The notes: a model not told the origin generated them from the letters alone. A stretch of DNA of 64,000 nucleotides from an uncultured virus (IMG/VR IMGVR_UViG_3300006217_002156) (IMGVR_UViG_3300006217_002156), one strand, 5' to 3'; counted from the first letter of the stretch, positions 18,928 through 26,468 are shown. Numbers and translations: made by a program.

Positions 18928-19414
18928 GCCCCAGTTTCTGGGCGTAAAAGCTGCGGCGGCCAATATCGGTCGAGGGACGGGTGAATATACCACCGATATG
19001 TTTCAGGAGGATTTTCCCCAGTTCTTCACTAAGGGTACAGAGGAAGCGCCGCCGGCCTCCCTCCTGACCCAGACCATGCTGGAAGCGTTCATCAGACAGG
19101 CCAACGCGGCTATCCAGCCGGACAAGTGGCTGGATGTCTGGCGGTACGCCTGCGGGCTCTATGTGGCCCATAACGCCGCGCTATACCTGCGCACCTGGTC
19201 CGAGGGCAGTGACAGCCCCGCCCAGGCGGCGGCTTCGGGGGCACTGGTGGGAGTGGTCAGGTCGGCCCAACTGGGGGACAGCTCCGTCAGCTATGACACC
19301 AGCGCCCTTACCCGGGCCACCGAGGATTGGGGCGACCTGAACAGTACCCAGTATGGCCAGCTGCTGGCCTCCAGGGCCAGGCTGGTGGGTATGGGAGGAA
19401 CCTACAGTATATAG
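18911..19414 (+). CDS. DUF4054 head-tail connector
   Basis: F.EDFPQF, GLYVAH, GD.SVSYD, STQYGQ.L. Confidence 0.85.
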   Translation: MYPESKPQFLGVKAAAANIGRGTGEYTTDMFQEDFPQFFTKGTEEAPPASLLTQTMLEAFIRQANAAIQPDKWLDVWRYACGLYVAHNAALYLRTWSEGSDSPAQAAASGALVGVVRSAQLGDSSVSYDTSALTRATEDWGDLNSTQYGQLLASRARLVGMGGTYSI

Positions 19415-19555
19415 AGCTCTTATACATATATATGTAGGAGACTAACGCAGGAAATCTGCTGCTCCCTTCCCTTTTCATCGCACCCGCTTTGGCCTTAGCT
19501 AATCGCATTTATGTGGTGCTCCCAGGGCTTAACTTCCCCCGCTCTGTCGGGGTAG
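19406..19555 (-). ncRNA. TnpB omegaRNA scaffold A1 (cognate, downstream of tnpB)
   Basis: ctaccccgacagagcgggggaagttaagccctgggag...gatgaaaagggaa pattern right after the tnpB stop. Confidence 0.75.
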
Positions 19556-19564
19556 GCAGCTGAT

Positions 19565-20728
19565 TTAGGCCAACTGCAAACCATAGTTTCTGAGGTTAAT
19601 TGCTGCTGCCAAGTCTCGGTTATTGTGTGCTCCACACTGAGGACATGTCCACGACCGGACTGTCAAATCCTTTGTGGCAGGATTCTTTGTTCCACACTGG
19701 GGGCAGAGCTGAGAAGACGGGAAAAATCTGTCGGCCCTGATGAATCGGATATTGTACCAGTTGCTTTTATATTCCAGCTGGCGCAGGAACTCATAAAAGC
19801 CTTGATCTTGAATTGCCTTGGAAAGGTGCTTGTTCTTCATCATCCCGGAGACATTCAAATTCTCCACAGTGATGCTGCAAGGTATTTTCTTTATAATGGC
19901 AGCGCTAGACTGATGGCGATGATTTTGGCGGATGTTGGTCAGGCGGCGTTTGATCCGTAGCACCTGTTTCTCTAACTTTCGGATGTTAGCAGTCTTAATA
20001 AGCCTCTGACCAACTTTGTTCATCTCATACTTTCGTGAAAGCCGCCTCTGGAGCCGCCGCAGCTTCTTTTCCAGACGGCGGACCTCCTGTGTGTGGTTGA
20101 TGTTGCCGAAGGTGGTTCCGTCTGAACATACAGCAAGGTTTTTGATTCCTACATCTATGCCCAGCGGTTCTCCTGTGGGAACCTCCTGAGAATCAGGAAA
20201 CTCATAGACAGCACTGAGCCACCAGTTCAGACCATCATAAGTAACTCGAGCTGAGTAGGCAGGCCGGTCAAGGGGTAACTTGTTCTTTTCGGCTAATTTG
20301 ACCCAGTTGAAGGTGCGGCCCTTTTTCAAAAGAGGATGTAACTTTTGAATCTTGACGTACCAAGGACGAACTTTCACACTTCGTCCTTCCAGGTAGAACG
20401 AGGGCCGGGATTTTGTCCGAGACTTGAAACGAGGGTATTTGGCTTTTCCCTTAAAAAAGTTTTGATAGGCTGTAGTGGCGTCTTTGATAGCTGCAGTAGC
20501 TACTATGCGTGCAGTGTCATTGAGCCAGGAATATTCAGGTTTCCGTCTGAGGGAGGTGAGCTCCTTGCACAAATCGAAGGAGCTCAGAAACTTCTCGCCC
20601 TGTGCATAGTTCTCCTGCTCCCGGCTCAGTGCCCAGTTATAAGCCCACCGGGCCACGCCCGCACATTGGAACAAACGGGTTTGCTGCTTGTTGTTCGGGT
20701 GTAGCATGACCCGAATGGTCTTATACAT
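19565..20728 (-). CDS. tnpB: TnpB RNA-guided endonuclease, RuvC D-E-D intact
   Basis: HTH_OrfB N-terminus, GIDVG, VENLNV, CPQC/CPQC Zn finger, RDLAAAINL. Confidence 0.95.
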   Translation of the reverse strand: MYKTIRVMLHPNNKQQTRLFQCAGVARWAYNWALSREQENYAQGEKFLSSFDLCKELTSLRRKPEYSWLNDTARIVATAAIKDATTAYQNFFKGKAKYPRFKSRTKSRPSFYLEGRSVKVRPWYVKIQKLHPLLKKGRTFNWVKLAEKNKLPLDRPAYSARVTYDGLNWWLSAVYEFPDSQEVPTGEPLGIDVGIKNLAVCSDGTTFGNINHTQEVRRLEKKLRRLQRRLSRKYEMNKVGQRLIKTANIRKLEKQVLRIKRRLTNIRQNHRHQSSAAIIKKIPCSITVENLNVSGMMKNKHLSKAIQDQGFYEFLRQLEYKSNWYNIRFIRADRFFPSSQLCPQCGTKNPATKDLTVRSWTCPQCGAHNNRDLAAAINLRNYGLQLA

Positions 20729-20939
20729 TGTTTGGCCTCCCACATGTAATGCGCCGGTATATAGCAGCCAGTGTATCAGCAACACCCTGGAGCCATTTGT
20801 CGTGTTTGTCCCTGGGTGTAACCGCAGTAAACCGGTTCAAGGTAATCTCTTGAATGAGCCTGAAATCCCCTGTTTCCGTAAGGGCAAGCCTTACAGTGAA
20901 TCCGTAAAACTGGATTGTTCCCTCTTGGAGCAGTTGGAC

Positions 20940-21037
20940 GGCCTGTGGTATCGGCTTCTCAGCCGTTCGCGGTTCGCCGTGCCGCCCAGCGGCAGCACTC
21001 CCCGCGCGTTTAGGTTCGGACCTGCCCGGCCCTACCG
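20940..21037 (-). ncRNA. Orphan IS605-type omegaRNA-like scaffold B1
   Basis: ggtagggccgggcaggtccgaacctaaacgcgcggggag...gaaccgcgaacggctgagaagccg; homologous to 23227-23322. Confidence 0.6.
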
Positions 21038-21060
21038 CACCATTAGTTGTCGCATCAGGG

Positions 21061-21516
21061 TCACGCCGCATTCTGAGCGCCCCCTCTCTCCTGCACCTTG
21101 ACCCGGAGCTTGACCCCCAGGCTATATCCCTGCCCCATGCCTCCATAGATGGCGTACTGGACCACCTGGGTCTCCATACCGGCGTCCATGAGCGGGGCCA
21201 GCATGGCGGCCACCTCACGGGGCAGGTGCCCTACCTGGCCCACCCTGCGGCCCCACAGAAGACCGTACACAGCGATGGCGTTCTTGTCGTAGGGGTTGTC
21301 CGGTTCCCGCTCCAGCTGGTAGCTGGTGTCCTCCAGGACGTTCTGTTCCAGTCTGCGGAGCACCTGCTGACTGTTGCCGAAGGTAACGCCCACAGCCTTA
21401 GTGACGAGACTGCCCACCTTGATGAAGGCCCAGGCCCGCCGCATGGCCTCCCCCCGGTCCTTCAGGACGGGGGAGAGACGGTTGGCGATTGCCATAACTT
21501 GTTTTCTAGTGTTCAT
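21061..21516 (-). CDS. HIRAN-domain protein
   Basis: VGVTF, LEREPDNPYDKNAIAV, VGHLPREVAAMLAPLMDAG. Confidence 0.9.
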   Translation of the reverse strand: MNTRKQVMAIANRLSPVLKDRGEAMRRAWAFIKVGSLVTKAVGVTFGNSQQVLRRLEQNVLEDTSYQLEREPDNPYDKNAIAVYGLLWGRRVGQVGHLPREVAAMLAPLMDAGMETQVVQYAIYGGMGQGYSLGVKLRVKVQERGGAQNAA

Positions 21517-21523
21517 TTTGATA

Positions 21524-21647
21524 CCTCCTATAGAGCTTGAGACTGATTTTTTGCTCAATTCCCCATTCACAGCACCCGCTTTGGCCGAAGCTGCTTGCGT
21601 TTGTACGGCGCTCCAGAGGCTTGACTTCCCCCGCTCTGTCGGGGTAG
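21524..21647 (-). ncRNA. Second A-type omegaRNA scaffold A2 (orphan)
   Basis: 24-nt identity with A1 (21624-21647 = 19532-19555) and colinear similarity through agctctata. Confidence 0.7.
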
Positions 21648-21659
21648 TGTTTGCTGTAA

Positions 21660-21884
21660 TCATAACATTTTCAGGTCTTCCAGGTCGATGGCCCGGTCGG
21701 GCGCGATAGTGGAGACGGCGTGCTTGTAGATGAAATACTGTTCATTCCTGATTTCCACCGCCACAATGGTCTCATCGAAGCCAGTGATCCGCCCCTTCAT
21801 CTGGAAGCCGTTTGTGATGATGACAGTCACCACCTGACGCTCCTGTTGGAGTCTGGAAAGGATGCGGTCCTGTAAATTGTTCAT
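21660..21884 (-). CDS. hfq: Hfq/Sm-like RNA chaperone, phage copy 2
   Basis: NLQDRIL..L..ER.VVTV..TNGFQMKGRITGFD...IYKHAVSTIAP. Confidence 0.92.
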   Translation of the reverse strand: MNNLQDRILSRLQQERQVVTVIITNGFQMKGRITGFDETIVAVEIRNEQYFIYKHAVSTIAPDRAIDLEDLKML

Positions 21885-22075
21885 GCCACACCTCCGAAGT
21901 CCGCAGCCTGGGCACGGTTGTACCGTTTTAAAATCGAAAGCTGGCAGTCGGGGCACAGGACATGCCCGAATAGGTCCGGGTCGGCCTCCCGGCCCCACAG
22001 CTCCGCTTGGCAGCAGTCGCAGTAGGCGTCCGGGATGGTTTGCTGGGGGTCTGTAAGAATCGAAAATTTTAGCAT
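21881..22075 (-). CDS. Small Zn-finger protein
   Basis: CDCC...LCPDC; GAGGAGG RBS; overlaps the hfq start. Confidence 0.65.
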   Translation of the reverse strand: MLKFSILTDPQQTIPDAYCDCCQAELWGREADPDLFGHVLCPDCQLSILKRYNRAQAADFGGVA

Positions 22076-22169
22076 AAAAATGGGCCTCCTCATTTGATTT
22101 TTAGAAAAAACTATGGTAAGATAGACCCAGGAACCAGGGGCCGAAGCCCCTGGCCTGGGAGGGGCCTAG

Positions 22170-22256
22170 TTATCTAGGCCAGTTGGCTACCAAAGCGTCA
22201 TGCAGGCTGTCGTAGGCTTTGCCCTGGTAGTGCCACTTTCCCGAGTGGAACCGCAT
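22170..22256 (-). CDS. 28-aa peptide MRFHSGKWHYQGKAYDSLHDALVANWPR
   Basis: GGGAGGTG RBS; TGGACA-17-TACAAT promoter; homolog at 39151-39240. Confidence 0.7.
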   Translation of the reverse strand: MRFHSGKWHYQGKAYDSLHDALVANWPR

Positions 22257-22475
22257 GTTCTTCACCTCCCTTTTCAGTCTCCGCTGGCCGGGTGTCCTAC
22301 CACCCGGCCCGGCGGGATTGTCAGCGGGTTTCCCCGGCTGATGGTGTTATTGTATCACCTCGAATACATTTTGTCCATTGGCAGAATGTACTAACTTGAA
22401 TACATTTCTTTGTGCAGAATTGTACTTGAGTGAATACGCTCTCTGTGGTACAATTAGATGCGAAAGGAGGACCTA

Positions 22476-22751
22476 ATGCCGATTTCGATGGTAAAGGTGA
22501 AGGAAGTCATGAATCAGCGTGGGTTAAAAAAATTTGACCTAAGAAAGCAAGGATTTAGCCCAAATGTTATCGACAAGGTGCTGTCTGGCCCACTGGACAA
22601 AACCAAAAGGGTCGATACTGAAACCATTGACAGGCTGTGTGAGGTGCTCGAGTGCCAACCAGGCGATATAATGGAGTACGTTCCCGACCCCGACGGCGAA
22701 CAAAAAAGCCCGCCCCCCGGAGAGGGGAGCGGGAGCGGGCTTGACAACTAA
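22476..22751 (+). CDS. HTH_26 (YozG-like) regulator
   Basis: TIDRLCEVLECQPGDIMEYV. Confidence 0.85.
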   Translation: MPISMVKVKEVMNQRGLKKFDLRKQGFSPNVIDKVLSGPLDKTKRVDTETIDRLCEVLECQPGDIMEYVPDPDGEQKSPPPGEGSGSGLDN

Positions 22752-23091
22752 ACACCAAGCGGTTATAATAACGGCAAGAGGACGGTTCCCCTGTGTGCTA
22801 GACAGAGGAGCGGCCAACTAAGAGCAAAGTAATTGGAATTGCCGCTTCTTGCTAGGGACAGGGGGCGGCTATTTCTTTAGGTTATTGCCTAAAGCGATAG
22901 CGGTAAGTACGAGCATAAAGAGTGCTATAACTTCGCCAACGCTCATGGGCTTTCCTCCTTTCAGAGTTAGCCCCGCCCTCTTGCTGGACAATAATATACC
23001 ACAGATCTTGCAAAAGCACAACAAAAAACCCCGCCCCCCGGGGAGGGGAGCGGGAGCGGGCTTGACAACTAAACACCAAGCGGTTATACTA
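22699..23091 (+). repeat. ~72 bp direct repeat (22699-22770; 23020-23091) carrying an antitoxin-RNA promoter
   Basis: ...gggagcgggcTTGACAactaaacaccaagcggtTATAAT/TATACT twice. Confidence 0.85.
22869..22946 (-). CDS. Type I toxin-like hydrophobic peptide MSVGEVIALFMLVLTAIALGNNLKK
   Basis: AAGGAGG RBS; single TM plus lysine tail; convergent antisense promoter. Confidence 0.75.
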   Translation of the reverse strand: MSVGEVIALFMLVLTAIALGNNLKK

Positions 23092-23177
23092 AAGACAACG
23101 AGGGTGCGACCAACAGACGGTCAACCCCCGGGTTTAGTTACAAAGAAGTAACCGCTATGCTGGGGAGCAGAGGGCGG

Positions 23178-23225
23178 TTACTTCTTTTTACCCTGGATGA
23201 ACAGGCTGCAAATGCCAATGATAAC
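23178..23225 (-). pseudogene. 3' remnant of a holin-like type I toxin (VIIGICSLFIQGKKK*)
   Basis: 14/15 aa identical to the C-terminus of 42628-42708; 5' part replaced by scaffold B2. Confidence 0.75.
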
Positions 23226-23226
23226 A

Positions 23227-23322
23227 CGGTAGGGCGGGGTACGCCCGAACCTAACGCGCGGGGAGAGAAGGGCAATGGCCCGCTCGACGAACCGCGAACG
23301 GCTAAAAGCCGATGCCAATGCC
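23227..23322 (+). ncRNA. Orphan IS605-type omegaRNA-like scaffold B2
   Basis: cggtagggcggggtacgcccgaacctaacgcgcggggaga...ctcgacgaaccgcgaacggctaaaagccg. Confidence 0.6.
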
Positions 23323-23348
23323 AGAAAACAACCCTGAAAGGAGCCCAC

Positions 23349-23474
23349 ATGTCCCCCAAAACAATCGCCGCCATCATCGCGGCCCTTGACAAGGGCTTCC
23401 GGGTGGAACTGACAAAAGAAAAAGACGGTGGTATCGCCATACGCACCGTCACCCGGAAGGCCCTGAAAATTTAA
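23349..23474 (+). CDS. 41-aa protein (MSPKTIAAIIAALDKGFRVEL...), paralog of 14321-14449
   Basis: AAAGGAG RBS; aligns with 14321-14449. Confidence 0.7.
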   Translation: MSPKTIAAIIAALDKGFRVELTKEKDGGIAIRTVTRKALKI

Positions 23475-23481
23475 CATTGTA

Positions 23482-23557
23482 CCCACGCCCTAAGCGGTGG
23501 GCGGGAAGAGCTGAGTGGAGCTGACAGGAGAAATCCTGTTGGCTCTATTTTTATTTT
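23482..23557 (+). promoter_or_regulatory. Structured leader/attenuator motif, copy 2
   Basis: Same architecture as 15750-15826 with compensatory changes. Confidence 0.65.
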
Positions 23558-23570
23558 GGAAGGAGGTCAT

Positions 23571-23978
23571 ATGAACTACAATGACTGGTATACCGACTTG
23601 GTGGATGTCTACCGGGTCCAATCGGTTCAAGACGGGGCCCTGACTACGCAGGAGCGGGTCCTGGTGGAGGCGAATATCCCATGCCGGGTCTATCGGAACA
23701 GCGTCCACGGGCCCAGGATGCAGCCCACCGCCGCCAAGGTGGAGCAGGAGGATAAGCTGGCCTGCGCCAATGAGGCGGACATCCGGGGCGGCGATGAGCT
23801 GATAATCCGCCGGGGTGCCCGCCTGGATCAGGCCCGCCAGCGAGTCCGGGCCTTCGCCGGAGAGCCGGCCTATTTCTATGAACCCTTTGGAGCGGTCCTC
23901 CCCGGCCTGGCCCACCAGGAGTTGGCTCTGCTCCAGATGGAGTATCTGAAGGGAGAGGTGGACGATGGCAGCAGGTGA
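23571..23978 (+). CDS. Head-tail adaptor/closure protein
   Basis: Position; IPCRVY, DIR.GDEL.I, HQE. Confidence 0.75.
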   Translation: MNYNDWYTDLVDVYRVQSVQDGALTTQERVLVEANIPCRVYRNSVHGPRMQPTAAKVEQEDKLACANEADIRGGDELIIRRGARLDQARQRVRAFAGEPAYFYEPFGAVLPGLAHQELALLQMEYLKGEVDDGSR

Positions 23979-24474
23979 CGCCCTCCGCCGTCGACTGGAG
24001 GAGCTCCAAAGGCAGTCCGGCAGCCGGCAGAGGTTGCGCAATATTGCCCAGGCGGCCACGGTATGCGCCGTAAAAGAGGCCACAGTCCACACACCTTCCA
24101 ACGGGGACGAAAAGAACCGCAGCGTTGGCATGATTACCGGCGAGCTAGCCCAGCACTGGTTAGATGACAGCCAGGTGGAGCCAGTTGTCACCGGGGATGA
24201 ATATTCCACCGCTTTATGCAACAATGTTCAGTATGCCAGCTATGTCAACGACGGCCACCGGATGGACCAGCATTTTGTTCCCGGCCTGATGGTTGACCCG
24301 TACACGGGCCTTCTGGAGCGGGTGGACCCGGAGATAAAGGGGACGGGCCTGATGGTGGGTACCCGGACAAGCTATGTACCTGGCCTCTACATGAAAGAAA
24401 AGGCTGTAGATAAGTACAAGGAAGTCGTAGAAGCGGAGTTCTCCCGGCTGGTGCGGGAGGTGTTCGGCGGATGA
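23965..24474 (+). CDS. HK97 gp10-like neck protein
   Basis: TP...TGEL..HW, NNVQYASYVNDGHR. Confidence 0.85.
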   Translation: MAAGDALRRRLEELQRQSGSRQRLRNIAQAATVCAVKEATVHTPSNGDEKNRSVGMITGELAQHWLDDSQVEPVVTGDEYSTALCNNVQYASYVNDGHRMDQHFVPGLMVDPYTGLLERVDPEIKGTGLMVGTRTSYVPGLYMKEKAVDKYKEVVEAEFSRLVREVFGG

Positions 24475-24923
24475 CCTTCACCATACAGACCCTCGCCAGC
24501 TCCCTGGCCGACTACCTGCGTCCGGAGCTTCCCGGCGCGACCTTCTACAGCAGCCCCAACCAGCAGGGTACCCGCCTTCCGGCTCTGTTCCTACGGCGCA
24601 CCAACGCTCGGATTGCAAGGAAGACGGGAGACCGTTTCCTGCGCACACTGGGGCTGGACCTGGTATATATAGAGGAGTTTAACCAGTTGGGCATGGACGA
24701 CCGCTACACCGCCGCCGCTGACATCCTGGACCAGGTGATGGAGACCTTTCCTTACTACAGCGGCGAGGGTAAACGGACTGCCCTCCTGCGGACCTATGAG
24801 CGCAAGTGGGACATCGTCGACGATGTCCTCCACTATAAATTCGACCTCAAAATCTGGGTGGGCAAGGCAGAGGATACGGTCCTGATGCAATCCATCCAGT
24901 CCTATCATGAGGAGGTATCTTAA
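24471..24923 (+). CDS. Tail terminator-like protein
   Basis: QQG...PA.F, DDVLHYKF. Confidence 0.7.
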   Translation: MTFTIQTLASSLADYLRPELPGATFYSSPNQQGTRLPALFLRRTNARIARKTGDRFLRTLGLDLVYIEEFNQLGMDDRYTAAADILDQVMETFPYYSGEGKRTALLRTYERKWDIVDDVLHYKFDLKIWVGKAEDTVLMQSIQSYHEEVS

Positions 24924-25105
24924 TGGACAAGAAACCTACCACTAAGGCGGAGGGCCCCCGGTATTCTACCGCTGATCTGCTGAACAGCAAGGCGCTGTCC
25001 GGCTACCAGCGGGACTTTGCCAGGGTCCTGCTGACCAAGCCGGACTATACCCTCCAGGAGGCCAAGGCTATCCTGGGCAACTTCTTTAAGGGAGGTGACG
25101 CCTGA
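24923..25105 (+). CDS. Small tail-region protein
   Basis: Precedes sheath; homolog of 61057-61242. Confidence 0.7.
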   Translation: MDKKPTTKAEGPRYSTADLLNSKALSGYQRDFARVLLTKPDYTLQEAKAILGNFFKGGDA

Positions 25106-26454
25106 TGGCGGGCGGAACCTGGACCGCACAGAACAAGGTGCGGCCCGGTATTTACATCAATTTTAAGAGCAGCGGCGGCCAGACGGTGACTCAGGGAGAC
25201 CGGGGCGCCGTGGCTATCGCTGAGGCCCTCTCCTGGGGCCCCGTGGGCCGGGTCATGACCATCAACGCAGGGGATGATCTGACTCCCTTTATCGGCTATC
25301 CTGTCACCGAATCCCAGTCCTTGTTCCTGCGGGAGATGTTCAAGGGCACCAATGTCACCAGCGGCCCCACTAGGGTGCTGCTGTACCGTCTCCCGGCTAG
25401 CGGGGCGGCCTCCGCATCGGCGGCCTTATCGGAGAGCTCCGGTATCACTGTCACTGCCAAATACCCCGGCGCACGGGGAAATGATATTGCGGTAATTGCC
25501 GCCGCCTCGGTGGACGATCCGGGCAGTTTCAACGTTACCACAGTAGTGTCCGGCCAGATCGTGGACAGCCAGCAGGCCAAGACCGGAGCGGACCTGACTC
25601 CTAACGACTGGGTCACATGGTCAGGGACTGGCCCTTTGGAGCCCACTGCGGGGGTGCAGCTCACCGGCGGCGCGGATGGTACAGTTCAGTCCGCCTCTTA
25701 CGCCGCCGCGCTGACCGCGTTGGAGCCCTACACCTTCGATGTCCTGGCCTACGACGGGGAGGATGAAACTGTGCGGGAAGCTATGACCGCTTTTGTCAAG
25801 CGTATTGCGGAGCAGGACGGCAGATACACCCAGCTGGTAACCGCTGGGGCCTCGGGTGCGGACAGCCGGTTTGCTATCAACAACATCAGCGGTGCGGTGC
25901 TGTCCGACGGTACTCAACTCACCCCTCAGCAGGTGATCTGGTGGCTGGCAGGCGCGGAAGCCGGAGCGCAGTACTATCAGAGCCTATCTTACGCCGCCTA
26001 CCCTGGTGCGGCGGATGTGGTTCCCCGGCAGACGGACAGCGAGATTTCCGCCGCCATCCTGTCCGGGAATATCGTGCTGGATCAGGAGTTTGGTCAGGTG
26101 CGTATCGAGACTGATATCAACACCCTGACCGCCTACACCCCCGACATCGGTGAGGTGTTCCACAAAAACGTCACCATGCGGGTGTGTAATTCTCTAGCCA
26201 ACGACCTCTACCGGGAGTTTTCCCTGAACTTCCTGGGCAAGGTCAAAAATGATGAGGAGGGCCGTGGCCTGTTCAAGGCAGCCATTTTGGACTACCTGCT
26301 CACCATGTACAGCCGGGGCGCCCTCCGGGAGCGGCCTGCCAGCGACGACGTAACGGTAGAGCAGGGGGACCGCTCTGACAGCATCGTCGTCACCATCGCT
26401 ATCCGCATTGGCGATGCGGTGGAGAAGGTGTACGTCACCATCTCTGTATCCTGA
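25105..26454 (+). CDS. Tail sheath protein (XkdK-like)
   Basis: GGTW..QNKVRPG.YINF, AKYPG.RGN, GKV.ND.EGR. Confidence 0.92.
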   Translation: MAGGTWTAQNKVRPGIYINFKSSGGQTVTQGDRGAVAIAEALSWGPVGRVMTINAGDDLTPFIGYPVTESQSLFLREMFKGTNVTSGPTRVLLYRLPASGAASASAALSESSGITVTAKYPGARGNDIAVIAAASVDDPGSFNVTTVVSGQIVDSQQAKTGADLTPNDWVTWSGTGPLEPTAGVQLTGGADGTVQSASYAAALTALEPYTFDVLAYDGEDETVREAMTAFVKRIAEQDGRYTQLVTAGASGADSRFAINNISGAVLSDGTQLTPQQVIWWLAGAEAGAQYYQSLSYAAYPGAADVVPRQTDSEISAAILSGNIVLDQEFGQVRIETDINTLTAYTPDIGEVFHKNVTMRVCNSLANDLYREFSLNFLGKVKNDEEGRGLFKAAILDYLLTMYSRGALRERPASDDVTVEQGDRSDSIVVTIAIRIGDAVEKVYVTISVS

Positions 26455-26468
26455 AGGAGGGCTGATTT

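Larger units (their letters stand above)
19406..23565 (-). mobile_element. Transposase-less TnpB/Hfq/HIRAN island in the head-tail operon (boundaries inferred)
   Basis: Interrupts structural gene order; mostly minus-strand cargo. Confidence 0.65.

Noticed and set aside
19565..20728. TnpB as a nuclease-dead TldR, or as Cas12f with a CRISPR array
   Set aside because: RuvC D, E and D are all present, and no repeat-spacer array or cas1/cas2 is visible
20730..21060. Group I intron (IStron) upstream of tnpB
   Set aside because: I could not find recognisable P/Q/R/S core sequences, and the element is antisense to the host operon
20930..23322. 9-nt matches of the B scaffold tails (ataccacag to promoter -10 regions; atgccaatg to the toxin remnant) as guide-target pairs
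   Set aside because: Too short, partly within conserved scaffold sequence, and no consistent TAM; compatible with chance
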